64,000 nt of DNA from Octopus vulgaris (lineage: Eukaryota). Positions within the stretch are counted from its first letter, which is position 1, and each line of letters starts with the position of its first letter. The DNA lies in NCBI GenBank assembly GCA_951406725.2, contig OX597817.1:123752001-123816000 (forward strand), written 5' to 3'. The position numbers and the translations under genes are program-made. This document shows positions 1-11,799 of the stretch, piece after piece. A model generated the notes under the pieces. The model did no database searches, was not told where the DNA came from, and was given only the letters and a program-made list of their open reading frames with translations.

Positions 1-559
1 AAATAAAATTTCTTCCATCGTTGTCTAAGAAGTATTCATACACATTCATTTATTTTTATTGTTGTTGTTATTTTGTTGTTGTTGTTGTTGTTGTTATTGG
101 TGGTGGTGTTTAACTCAATTCAGATATATGTTAGGAAGTCTGTTTCTTTTATCTTGCATCATTTTATAATTTGTGAACAACATCATCATTGCTGCCAAGA
201 TTCCAATTAACCCATCTCTGGTTCACTATCTTTGTGACAGTGACGGGGATACAGGAGTATTTGTAACTTAGTGTGCTTTGTTCAAAGAGCCTTTCTTGTT
301 TACATCTTTCATTGATTTGCACTGGGTAAAGATATAGATATACATATATAGTATATGTGTTTGTGTGTGCATGCGTGTATCATGTATGTTAAGTACCTGT
401 CTGCACACAAACATACATGCACAAACTTTGGACCACTCTCTTTTGAATAACACATACTACATACTGGTCGGCACCTTTCAGTACAATGTGCCTTGAGTTA
501 TATATCAAAAGTCTTACCCTTAGCTCATTTGAGGTATTCCCTTTCGCTCCCTCATTCAC

Positions 560-780
560 TCATGCTCTTGTTTGATAGAGCTGGGGTCCCAGAAGTGTTA
601 ATAGCATTAATCGTCCCGAAGCCAACCAGTTTCATCAGTGCCTGCCATTGTTGGCAGTCCTTTGCCAGCCCCTCTGTATCCTCCAAGATTATGTTGAGCT
701 TGTGAAGATATTTCTAAATCATGTCCAGCCATCTAGTGCAGGAGCTGCGACAAGGCTTATCATGGAGCCTTCCATGGGAC
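560..780 (-). mobile_element. Decayed 3' coding fragment of an RTE-clade LINE
   Basis: Minus strand reads TRWLDMI*KYLHKLNIILEDTEGLAKDCQQWQALMKLV, resembling the RTE ORF C-terminal RW.D....A.DR..W motif; in-frame stop present. Confidence 0.45.
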
Positions 781-2031
781 CTGCCACAGAGTCTGCCACA
801 GACCCAGATATGAATTATCTGACAGAGAGCAAAGGACATTTCCCTTATCCCATTTTATTTTAAAATTTTAAAATTATGCATATTGCTAATGGCCAAAACT
901 CTTTGTAATGATTTTCCCTATATGTAAAATCTTTAATGGTTGATCAAAGCAGATAGGAATAAACTATACTATGCTGATGAGGTCAAATAAGTCCAAAACA
1001 TGCTCACAGTTGTCCCCTTACTTTTTAACAAAAACCAGATTTTCTTTTAAGGCACGAAAATTAATTTTATAAAATTAAGTATTTATTTATCTAAATTATC
1101 TCCCATTTTCTTTGACAGTTGCTAACAATTCATTCTAAAAGTTTATCTTCTTCCTCAACTAAAAAAAAAATTCACTTACATCATTCAATACATCATACCT
1201 TAAACTAATTTTAATAGAAAACAATTGACCAGAGTACTGCACAGTGACATCAAATCTAGACCCATGTAGATGTGGTTCAGACTTTTTAACTACATAGTTA
1301 TGACCACCATGTATTTTCATATATCTCATACTATATCGTCCAATGCATACAAATTTTATGACATGACCAGCACATCTCATTTTTAGTCACAGCATATATT
1401 GGACAATATTATTCATGTCCTTCTTTTTTAAAGATAATAGGATGTGAAATTGAGGGAGATTTAGTTGATATTTCTGCCTTGGATAGGCTACACCAACCTG
1501 AGTCAATTTCAATAATTATAATACACCATACCCAAGTCAAAATAAATCAATATTAAAAACAAAACTAAATTTGTAGAAATATTAAAATTTCATACATATT
1601 CAGGAGATAAATCATGCAAGGGTTTGATTCTAGCTCTCCATGTCTTCAACAACATAGATAACTGTTCTTGTTTTAATTGTTGCTGTTCTTTTTTGTTATT
1701 TCTTAGCTCCAGATCAACTCTATTCAAACAACCCTATTATGATCAAAGGCATACTAGATGTGATGTTGGTTTTTTTCCTTCGGCTATATTATCATATGTG
1801 ACCTGTAATGCCTTAAACATAAGTAGAGTGCGAATAGAGAAATATGTAATTGCTATTCATACTGATATCCTTCATGGTTTTAGCTTACTGTATTTCACTG
1901 AAAACAGTATTATGTGTATTCTTTTATGTAACAGAAAGTTATATCTGAGGTTAAAACAATAAGAAAATTTGTAATACATTTTTTAGTATATAAAATTTGC
2001 ACCTATTTTTATGAGTGTAGTGAAGAATTCT

Positions 2032-3240
2032 GGGTAGGGGTAAGGGTCCACCAAGGATCAGTTTACAGACCCCACTTATTCATCATAGTCCTCCAGGCAA
2101 TAACAGAGGAATTCAAGACAGGATGCCCCTATGGCCCTGGGAGCTTCTCTATGCTGATGATCTTGCTCTAATAGCTGAGTCACTATCAGAACTAGAGGAG
2201 AAGTTTTAGGTGTGGAAGCAAAGTCTAGAATCAAAGGGCTTTAGAGTCAATCTAGCAAAAACCAAAGTCTTAATAAGTAGGAAGGCAGACAAATCACAAA
2301 TCCCTTCTGGTAGATGGCCCTGCTCAATCTGTAGAAAAGGCGTAGGTAGAAACTCCATAAGATGTACCCAGTGTAAGCTATGGACACATAAGAGGTGCAG
2401 CAATATCAGAGGAAGGCTAACTGGGAAGATAGTTTTTGTGTTTGGCAAATACTCAAGGGCAATAAACACTGAAAATGTGCAGAAAACAACTTCCATCACA
2501 TACCAGGGGCGAAAACTAGAAGTAGTTGATAGCTTTCATCACCTAGGTGACGAGTCAGTAGTGGGGCTGGATGTTCCGAGAGTATAGCTGCTAGAATAAG
2601 AATAGCCTGGGCAAAGTTCAGAAAGCTTTTACCTCTGCTGGTGACAAAGGGCCTCTCACTCAGAGTAAAAGGTAGACTCTATGATGCATGTGTGCGAACA
2701 GCCATGCTACATGGCAGTGAAAGAAACAGTCCATAATTGCTGAGTACATGCATAAGCTTGCAAGAAATGAAGCTAGTATGCTCTGCTTGATGTGTAATGT
2801 CAGCGTGCATACACGACAGAATGTAAGCACCCTGAAAGAAAAGCTGGACATAAGAAGCATCAGATGTGATGTGCAAGAGAGACGACTGTGCTGGTATGGT
2901 CATGTGTTGTGTATGGCTGAGGACAGCTGTGTGAAAACGTGTCGCACCCTAGCAGTTGAGGGAACCTGTGGAAGAGGTAGACCCAGCAAAAGTTGGGATG
3001 AGGTGGTGAAGCATGACCTTCGAACCTCACAGAGGTGATGACAATTGACCAAGACCTTTGGAGATATGCTGTGCTTGAGAAGCCGTGGCCTGTGTCAGTG
3101 CAGCATAACCAGCCTGTTTAAGAGTACCCTTCAATCATTGAGCAATAAACTGTTTTTGTGAGGACCTGTTGAGTTAAGTGAAGTCATTGTTGTGGCCAAT
3201 GACAGTACTACCTGATTGGCAACCATTGGCAACGGTGGTG
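2032..3240 (+). mobile_element. 5'-truncated RTE-clade LINE (RT C-terminal half with embedded Cys/His finger), pseudogenised
   Basis: Reads VHQGS..LFIIVLQAITEEFKTGCP..ELLYADDLALIAES, GFRVNLAKTK, RIRIAWAKFRKLLP, RRLCWYGHV, GRGRPSKSW across several frameshifts; coding ends near 3080, followed by 3' UTR. Confidence 0.9.
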
Positions 3241-3902
3241 GCAGTGGTGGGGGTGGTGATGAAAAGGGGGAGGGGAGGATGATGATGATAGTGGTGGTGG
3301 GGAGGTGAGAGAGAGAGAGATGATCAACATTATTTTATATTAGTTTTCCATGTTGGCATGCATGTGTTGGATGGGTCATCACTGTCTGAGATTCTTATTC
3401 AGAGTTGCTGTACATGTAGATGAGTTTGCTTGTAACTTTTATTTTAGGCTTAATTTGACCGATTGCTTTCACATCACCACCCACATTACTGAGTGCGTTC
3501 ACTCATGGTAGAAGCACAAAAGATGTTTTCTGCTAATTTGCCAACTACTTTACAGAGTATGCTGGTTACTTGACACATATTGAGTATTAAACCTGAAAGT
3601 AGTCCACTTCAGCTGAACTAAATTAAATAGATGCAGAGTATATGTGTGTGTGTCTGTGAGAGAGAGAGAGAGTAAATATACATACATATATAATAAATGA
3701 AAGCTGTGTTATCCAAAATGTTCTTTCTATTTTAGCTATTTTAAGACAATCATGTGTGCTTTGAAAGCATTATAGCTGCTATTTCTTGCAAGTTGAGAAA
3801 CCATGTAGCAGCACTTTTCACTGGTTTATGCATTTTAAGCAGTTTATATTGTCATATATACAATCAGAATTTGGTTAATGAATACTTGATTATTTAAAAA
3901 AG

Positions 3903-4596
3903 TTAACTTATTAGCATTCACATTATTCTGTCAAATATAATGCTTATATATTCACATTGTTTTTAATTAATCTTGCATTATCTCATAGCTTCAAAATTTC
4001 AATGATGTGATTGTATATTTTTAGAATGATATTGTAGGGTAGGTGTGAGAAGTCAGCTCTAGTAGGTTAGAACTTAAAACTGTAGCAGCACAACCAGTCA
4101 GTGCCATATTGGATGAGATCTAGTGGCAGCCATTGCCATCTCCAAGACTGGAGCGAGGCCTCACCTGCATCCATTTGCCCTGCACAAGATCACAACAAGG
4201 CTCACGTTGGCATATAAAGGTGAAACAGATTCATTCTTTCTCTCCACTTCTTCGCAGCAGCGCTTGCTGAGCACACTTCACTGGCTGGGCCTGTTGCATG
4301 TTGTACCTCCAGAAGCAATGTGCCCGATATAATGGAGATACAACACCACACACCCAGCTCAAGATGGTTGCTGAGAGCAACGCACTTCACCTGTTCTGTG
4401 AAACTTGTAAATAAACCAGTTGTAAATTGCATTTGTACTTATAGACTTCATTCTTCACTTGCCGGAGCCTGAACAACATGAAGAACAAGATATGGGAGAA
4501 GGCAATATTCTCATGATATCGTAAACCTTGCCTTCCATTAGGAAACAAATAGAATATTTTGGCTAGACATGGATGGTTTAAATGCTAAAGAATTAA
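3903..4596. mobile_element. Non-autonomous TTAA-flanked (piggyBac-type) MITE, split by an insertion at 4081-4541
   Basis: Ends TTAA..TTAGCATT and AATGCTAA..TTAA; internal sequence matches, in inverted orientation, the uninterrupted copy at ~37584-37790. Confidence 0.55.
4081..4541 (+). mobile_element. Probable solo LTR inserted in the MITE
   Basis: GC-richer ~460 bp block starting TGTAG, AATAAA at ~4410, flanked by AAAAC/GAAAC (near 5-bp TSD); MITE sequence resumes on both sides. The terminal CA is not preserved. Confidence 0.5.
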
Positions 4597-6252
4597 AGAA
4601 TCTTATCATAAAAAATACACCAAAATCATTGCAAAACATTTCAAGAGGGGGAAAAGAATTGTTACAATTTTCTAAGAATGTTTTCTATTGTTTTTGTCAA
4701 AATAGTTTCTACCAAATGGCAGGCTGTTTTAGCTTTATTTTGGGTTATTTTTCTAAAAATTCTAATGAAGTAGAATTAATATTTTGTTGTTGTTTATCCC
4801 CATGTCAGCTCTAATTGCACCGATCAATTTTATGATTAAAATTATCCTTACCATAACCTTCCTATCTTTCTGTTTATTTAGGACTCATCATACTCTACCA
4901 CAGTTTCGGTAGCCACATTCTTTGTCTTCCAGATGGATCTCTTAGAGGAACAGAACACTATGATTGGTCTACCATATCCTTTTCATTGCACAGCCAGATT
5001 TGAGAGATGGAGAGAGAGATAGAGAATCAGCTCTGGTACCCAGCTGGTACTTTATGTTATCAATTCTGAAAAGATGAAGAGAAAGTTGTCATCAGCAGGA
5101 TTTGAAATCAGAATGTTAAGAGCTGGAAAAATATTGCAAGAAATTTGTCCAATTCTCTAATGATTCTGCCAAACCACTGTGCTAGATCTAAGACTTAATT
5201 TCAAAATATTCTTCAGTATTTGAGATGGTAAGGTTGTATTTGAGAGTGATTTAGCTACCTCTTCTAATAGTTTGAGAGTATTATAGAGGTTTCTGTATTG
5301 GTTCATTACCAAATCAGTTGTTGTTATTTGACTGCAAGTCAGTCAGCCCTCATTGAGCAGATCCATAATCAAAGATACTTCAGTCATGACCAGTTCATCT
5401 CTTTGCATAACTAATAACAGACCGTGTTCTTCCATTTACTTAGTAGGAGGATAGGGTGTGATCTGAAGAGAATTTGGTTGCTTTTTTTCTTATTTGTTGA
5501 CTTGTGAATATTTTAGTTAGATAGATAATGAAAAACAATAGCAGAAAAATATTCCAGCAAATCAAATAATAACAGAAACAGACAGTGAAGCGGTTTTGTC
5601 TTATCTTCTTGTAAGAAACCCTCTCTTACTAAATCCAATATAAAGTTTTGAAATTAAATTTTAGAATTCTATTTGAGTCAGGAAGATATTTTTTTTTATT
5701 TTCTATAATAGTTTTATGAATATTTTAAAAGATTTTTTCCTTGTATTGGTAAATAAAGGAAAACATTATGTTTCCAACATAATTTTATCAAAAATCCTAA
5801 GAAGACCATTTGTCAGTTTATGTTTGAAAATAGTAAAAAAAAAAGGTAAAGAAGATGATGAAACAAAAACAAATGCAAAATAAAACATAACAAAAGAAAG
5901 TTTTAAAAAAGACCACCACTTATTGATAGGAAAACACACAAAAAATCAAAACAAACATAAAACAGACAGGACAAACAAAAAAAAACAAGCCCCTAAAATC
6001 TTCATTAAACGTTTATATGCCATGTTATGTTATGAATAAATATTGACCAGCCTCTGTAACTATTGAATAAATCAATTTCAGACACACTTTCACAACAATT
6101 TGTTTGACAATTGCTAAAATCTTTTTTTTTATATATATATATATATACTTTCCTTTGTTATTTGTTTGAAGATACAGATCATCTAATAAAATGCTTAAAA
6201 ATATTGGTATTGAGGCTTAAAATGTTCTGACAAATAAGGATGTATATGTGTA

Positions 6253-6264
<12 letters not shown>

Positions 6265-6296
<32 letters not shown>

Positions 6297-6301
6297 CATA
6301 T

Positions 6302-6338
<37 letters not shown>

Positions 6339-6343
6339 TAATG

Positions 6344-6430
<87 letters not shown>
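6265..6430. repeat. Compound (TA)n + (TAA)n microsatellite
   Basis: Directly visible. Confidence 0.95.
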
Positions 6431-6432
<2 letters not shown>

Positions 6433-7239
6433 CCACTTATAAACAGAAAAGAGGACAGATCAGGTGCTTGAAGCATTAAGTGATGTTCGAAGAGTTTGCC
6501 GAAATGTAAGATATGCTTTCCTCTTCCTTTCTCTTCTCTCATTTCAAATAGAAGATTTCAATTTGAGTGCAATTTAGTTATACAATATTTGCACTAAATA
6601 AATAGTCTGTTATTTTCATTTCTGTAGCGATAAAGTGTGGAGAGAAATTGTAGTTCTTCTCATTTAGGATTTTAAAATTGAAAATATATATATATATAAA
6701 AAAAATGTTAAAAATAAAAATAAATATGTGTGTGTGTATGTGTGTTTGTGTGTGTACATGCATGTTGGAAAGGTTAGCATTTTGCTTGACAAGTTTACAC
6801 AGTGAGAAGAGCTGATTGTTTGGTCTTGCTAACATAAATGGGCCATTGCTCTCTACTTTAAAACAAACATTTTGTCAGCTTCATCGTGATCGTAAAAGTA
6901 CAATTACAATAAACTGAATTGAATATTACAAAAGAATAATGTGGATATCTATGTGTGAGAAAAAAAAATACATGAATTTTAATAGATGAATAAAAACAAA
7001 ATTAAATAGAAATAGAAATCTGTGTAATATTGAACATTTTCGTCATGTTAGCTTCGATCAAACTATTATTCCTGATATATTTAATGTAAGTTTGATTTTT
7101 TTTTGTTTTACATTAGATTTCTTTTCACTTTCAATTTGTTTCATATTGCATATATAATAGATTATGTATTCTGAAATGTATTAAAAAAGTATATTGTGCA
7201 AAATGTTATTATATACGTGTGAAGGTATATGATGATGAT

Positions 7240-7282
<43 letters not shown>

Positions 7283-7299
7283 TTAATAATAATAATAAT

Positions 7300-7483
7300 C
7301 TTTTCTATGGGGCTGAGGATAGATGTTTACATTGACCCTAGTATTTGACTGCTACTTATCAACCCTGAAACAATGAAAGGCAAAGTCGACCTCAACAGAA
7401 TTTGAACTCAAAACATTAAGACAGATGAAATGCTGCTGTGCATTTCGCCCAGCATGCAACTAATTCTGCCAGCTCACCACCTT
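7300..7483 (-). mobile_element. tRNA-related SINE (family B) inside a (TAA)n array
   Basis: Reverse complement of the family B head (GGYGRYGAGCTGGCAGAA...GAGTTCAAATTC...GTCGACTTTGCCTTTCA) seen intact at 50965; (TAA)n on both sides. Confidence 0.8.
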
Positions 7484-7496
7484 AATAATAATGATG

Positions 7497-7551
<55 letters not shown>

Positions 7552-7571
7552 GGTCAAATCAAATTTTCACC

Positions 7572-7612
<41 letters not shown>

Positions 7613-7880
7613 GAAACCTATTTGAAAATGATACCAGGTTTACCATCCTTACAGGAAGTGCAAAAAATCGTGTTAACTGGAATGGCTCATGTACTGAGAA
7701 GAGCATTATCACTGTGAAAACAACATCCATTCATGAATTTATTTATTTATTTATTTATTAAATACATATTTTACCCGTGAATTTGCGTGTGTAATCTGGG
7801 AATGCATACAATGAGCTTCTCTGCCCTAGGTGTACGGAAAATACTTGGTGAGAAACGGAAGCAAATTTGAAGAAAGAAGG
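7613..7880 (+). mobile_element. R4/Dong-type retrotransposon 3' end, subfamily 1
   Basis: ETYLKMIPGLPSLQEVQKIVLTGMAHVLRRALSL* (stop 7715-7717) aligns with the C-terminus of ORF 10096..11514; 3' UTR runs into (TAA)n. Confidence 0.8.
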
Positions 7881-7917
<37 letters not shown>

Positions 7918-7950
7918 TAATAATAAGAAGAAGAATAATAATAATAATAA

Positions 7951-8540
7951 TATATTCACAGACATGACAGAGTTGGAACCTACATACATTGGAAGCTATG
8001 CCAACATTATGGAATAACAGAAAAAAGATGGTATAGGCACACACCAGAAAAGGTCACAGAAAACGAGAAAGCAACCATACTCTGGGATATGCCGATACAC
8101 ACAGACAGAGAAATTAAGGCCAACAGACCAGATATAGTTGTCAGAGACCATGAAGAAAAAAATGCTTTCTAATTGATGTATCAATACCGGCAGATGACAA
8201 CGTGTCTCTAAAAGAAATGGAGAAACTCTCAAAATACAAAGACCTGGAAATAGAGGTAACTAGAATGTGGAATCTGAAAACAGAAACAATTCCTATCATA
8301 GTAGGTGCATTAGGCATGATAAAAAAATATTCAGACAAATACATAACAAAAACACCAGGACTTACAAACACATATAACATACAGAAAATTGCACTACTAG
8401 GCACTGCACACATCCTGCGCAGAACACTTTCCATACAATAACCATCAGAGCATCACAACAAATCACAGCACATACCCAAGGCACACAGAGCTGCGCTCGG
8501 TAGTGAAGTGAAAGCACGCTATAAAAATAAAACTACTGAA
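7951..8540 (+). mobile_element. R4/Dong-type retrotransposon 3' fragment (RLE domain), subfamily 2
   Basis: RHDRVGTYIHW...ANRPDIVV...LIDVSIP...KLSKYKDLEIE...ALLGTAHILRRTL* (stop 8441), frameshift near 8160; (TAA)n on both sides. Confidence 0.9.
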
Positions 8541-8562
8541 TAATAATAATAATAATAATAAA

Positions 8563-8761
8563 GCATTTCTACTACAGGCACAAGGCTTGAAATTCTGGGT
8601 AAGAGTGTTAGTTGATTAAATCAACTCCAGTGCTGTTTTCACTGACACTGAAAGGATGAAAGGTGAACTTGATCTCGATGGAATTTGAACTCAGTACATG
8701 AAGATGGATGGAATACTTTTAAGCATTTTCTCAAGCATGCCATTGATACTGCAAGCTCACC

Positions 8762-8763
<2 letters not shown>
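8563..8763 (-). mobile_element. SINE family B copy inside a (TAA)n array
   Basis: Same motifs as 7300-7483 (GGATGAAAGG..GAATTTGAACTCAG..GCTCACCTT), flanked by (TAA)n. Confidence 0.75.
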
Positions 8764-8825
<62 letters not shown>

Positions 8826-8826
<1 letters not shown>

Positions 8827-11726
8827 CCTTAAGGCTCACAAGACTACCAAACCTACAAAAACCCAAAAATTACTGAAAAAATACAATATGAAAACTATAC
8901 TTGATATTGATGCCACCATAGAAACCATCAAACAAAAGGTATCTGCCAAAGCTGCCCGCATAGCGAGGTATGAAAGGCGTGTTAGATTTTTCAAGGACAA
9001 CAACATGTTCAAAAATAACACCAAGAATTTTTACAGGAAGATAGGAAAAACAGCGTTTACTGCAAGGTCTGTACCATCAAAAGAAGAAGTGCAGGGATTT
9101 TGGAATAAAATCTGGGCAGAAGAAAAAACACACAACGAAAAGGCCCCGTGGATTGACAGAATATCTACAGAACTGGACCCCTTAGAAGAACAAAAGTGGG
9201 AGGGTGTCAAGGTAGAAGATATAAGATCTGCTCTCAGGAGGTCAAGCAAATGGAAGTCTCCAGGAAAGGATAAAATTCCTAACTTCTGGCTGAATGCCTT
9301 CCCAGAGAGCCATGAACTGCTAACAGAACTGTACAATGATGTTTTGCAACACCCTAGTAGGATGCCTCCTTGGCTAGTTAATGGGTTAACATTCCTGCTT
9401 CCAAAAAGTGAAGAAACAAATGAACCAAAAAACTATAGACCCATAACCTGCTTAACAACTATGTACAAAACACTAACATCTGTCCTGACAGAATATACCT
9501 ATAGTTTTTTAACAGACAGCAGCATATTCCCTAATGAACAGAAAGGATGTAAACGTGGATCCTACGGTTGTAAAGACCAACTACTCATCAATAAGATGAT
9601 CTTAGAAGATTGTCACAAACGACACAAAAACTTATCAATAGCCTGGATAGACTATAAAAAGGCTTTTGATAGCCTACCACATAGCTGGATTGTGAAATGC
9701 CTGGAAATGTATAAGATAGCACCTACTCTGCGAAACTTCTTGACTGTAAGTATGAGATCATGGAGAACCACACTAACTCTGAACAGTGACAATGAATCCC
9801 TAAATGCTGGTGATGTAAAAATTTTGTGTGGCATTTTCCAGGGTGGCTCACTGTCACCACTCCTCTTTTGTTTATCCTTAATACCTCTCTCAAAGCTGCT
9901 CAATGACGCGCAGTACGGGTATAAAATGTTTGATAAAAATATAAATCATCTCATTTACATGGATGATTTAAAGCTTTTTGCAAAAAATGACCAACAACTC
10001 AAGGGCTTACTAGCGATAGTCAAACAATTCAGTGACGACATCAGAATGCATTCGGCCTCGATAAATGTGCAAAGGCTACCTTTATCAAAGGAAAAATGAC
10101 AGAAACATCTAACGTTAAACTTGACCAGCAGAATGTCATAAAAGAACTAGACCCAGCGGAGAGCTACAAGTACCAAGGGGTAATTGAAGGGAACGGAATA
10201 AGGCATTCAGAGATGAAGGAAAGGATCAGGAGAGAATGCTATCGAAGAGTGAGAGCAATACTCAAGACAGAGCTGAATGCAAGAAACAGGATCGAAGCGA
10301 TCAATGCATTAGCCATACCAGTCGTGACTTACAGTTTCAATATTGTTAACTGGTCAATTACTGAAATATGTCAGCTCGACAGAAAAATAAGGAAACCGTT
10401 GACAATGCATAGAATGCACCACCCTAAGGCAGATACAGAACGACTCTATCTGCCAAGAAAAGAGGGAGGCCGTGGTCTTTTGCAACTGGCAATAACAATG
10501 AAGATTGCTACAATTGGCCTAGATACCTACCTGAAAAACTCTGAGGACTGGATGTTAAAACTTGTCTCAAAACATGAAAACAAGAAAGCATCGTACTCAG
10601 TCACAAAACAGGCAAAGGAATATCTAAGTGAATTCCGAATACAACCAATTTCGGAATTAGAGATAGACATACAAGAAACAAACACAAAAAAAGCTAGGCG
10701 CATGAAAACCCGTGCCAAAACTGCGGCCTTAGATATTCTGAATAATAAATGGCAAGAAAAACCTCTCTATGGCAAATACCCAAAGAGCGCGAATAATGCA
10801 GATATCGACAAAGCCCTGACCCATCAATGGCTAATGGCCTCTGGCTTAAAATCTGAAACAGAGGGGTTTATCATAGCAGCTCAAGATCAATGCCTACCAA
10901 CAAGAAACTACCAGGCCAACATATTAAAGAACGGCAGTAGCCCAACATGTCGTGTATGCCGACAACAGAATGAAACCATTGACCATGTTGTCTCCAAATG
11001 CAGTCTTCTAGCGCCTACAGAGTACCTCAGTAGGCATGATAGAGCAGCACAATATATTCACTGGGTAATTTGCAAAAACCTGGATTTGCCCCATGAAAAA
11101 AACTGGTGGGAACACAATCCACCTCCTGTGCTTGAAAATGACCACATCTCACTCCTCTGGAACTTCACCATTCAAACTGACAGGAAGATAGATGCAAATA
11201 GGCCAGACATCATATTGAAAGACTTCAGACAAAGAACATGCCTCCTCATTGATATGACTGTCCCAATCGATATAAACGTATCTGTCAAGACCTACCAAAA
11301 ACTGAGCAAATATAAAGATCTTGAAATAGAAATCAGCAAAATGTGGAAGCTGAAGACTAAAACAATACCTGTTGTCATAGGTGCCCTGGGAATGATAGCG
11401 AAAGGGACTGATTGCTACCTAACTCAGATACCAGGAAACCCCAAAATGGCAGAAATTCAAAAGATAGTGCTCATGGGAACTGCTCATATCCTACGCAAAA
11501 TACTCTCTATGTAATCCCAAGGTTTAAAACAAACTTTTTTTTTTAAATTTATTATTTTTTTTTAATATTTTATATTTTTTATTTTTATGTATTAGACATT
11601 CACTAGTACAACACACCCCCCCCCCACAAATATATGGCACAGAACTTCCTAACCTGTTGTCTCTTGAGGTCTCTGGGTGAGGCTTGGAGCCAACTTGTAC
11701 AGACATAAAGCAAAAGTCAAACATAG
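8826..11726 (+). mobile_element. 5'-truncated R4/Dong-clade non-LTR retrotransposon (RT + RLE), subfamily 3
   Basis: Begins directly after (TAA)n and ends in (TAA)n; single RT-RLE coding region plus ~210 bp 3' UTR. Dong/R4 elements are known to target TAA repeats. Confidence 0.95.
8828..11514 (+). pseudogene. Reverse transcriptase / restriction-like endonuclease ORF with one frameshift
   Basis: RT motifs KSPGKD, NYRPITCL, EQKGC, WIDYKKAFDS, QG(G)SLSP, YMDDLKLF; CRVC-H-C zinc knuckle, RHD, RPDI, D, KLSKY RLE motifs. A 1-bp loss at ~10050 (ATG CA TTC GGC) splits it into ORFs 8888..10099 and 10096..11514. Confidence 0.93.
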
Positions 11727-11799
11727 AATAATAATAATAATAATAATAGCAACAACAACATGACATGAAGGTGAACAGAAAATTTGCTTTTAATTTTGT

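Noticed and set aside
6195-6542. Poly-Leu/poly-Asn and YIYI/HTHT/CVCV ORFs here and throughout (29.6k, 33k, 47.6-49.1k, 55.3k)
   Set aside because: Translations of microsatellites; no coding evidence.
10040-10099. Overlapping ORFs as a programmed frameshift or two-ORF design
   Set aside because: The break lies inside the RT (M.FGLDKC motif) with no slippery site; RLE elements have one ORF, so a 1-bp deletion is simpler.
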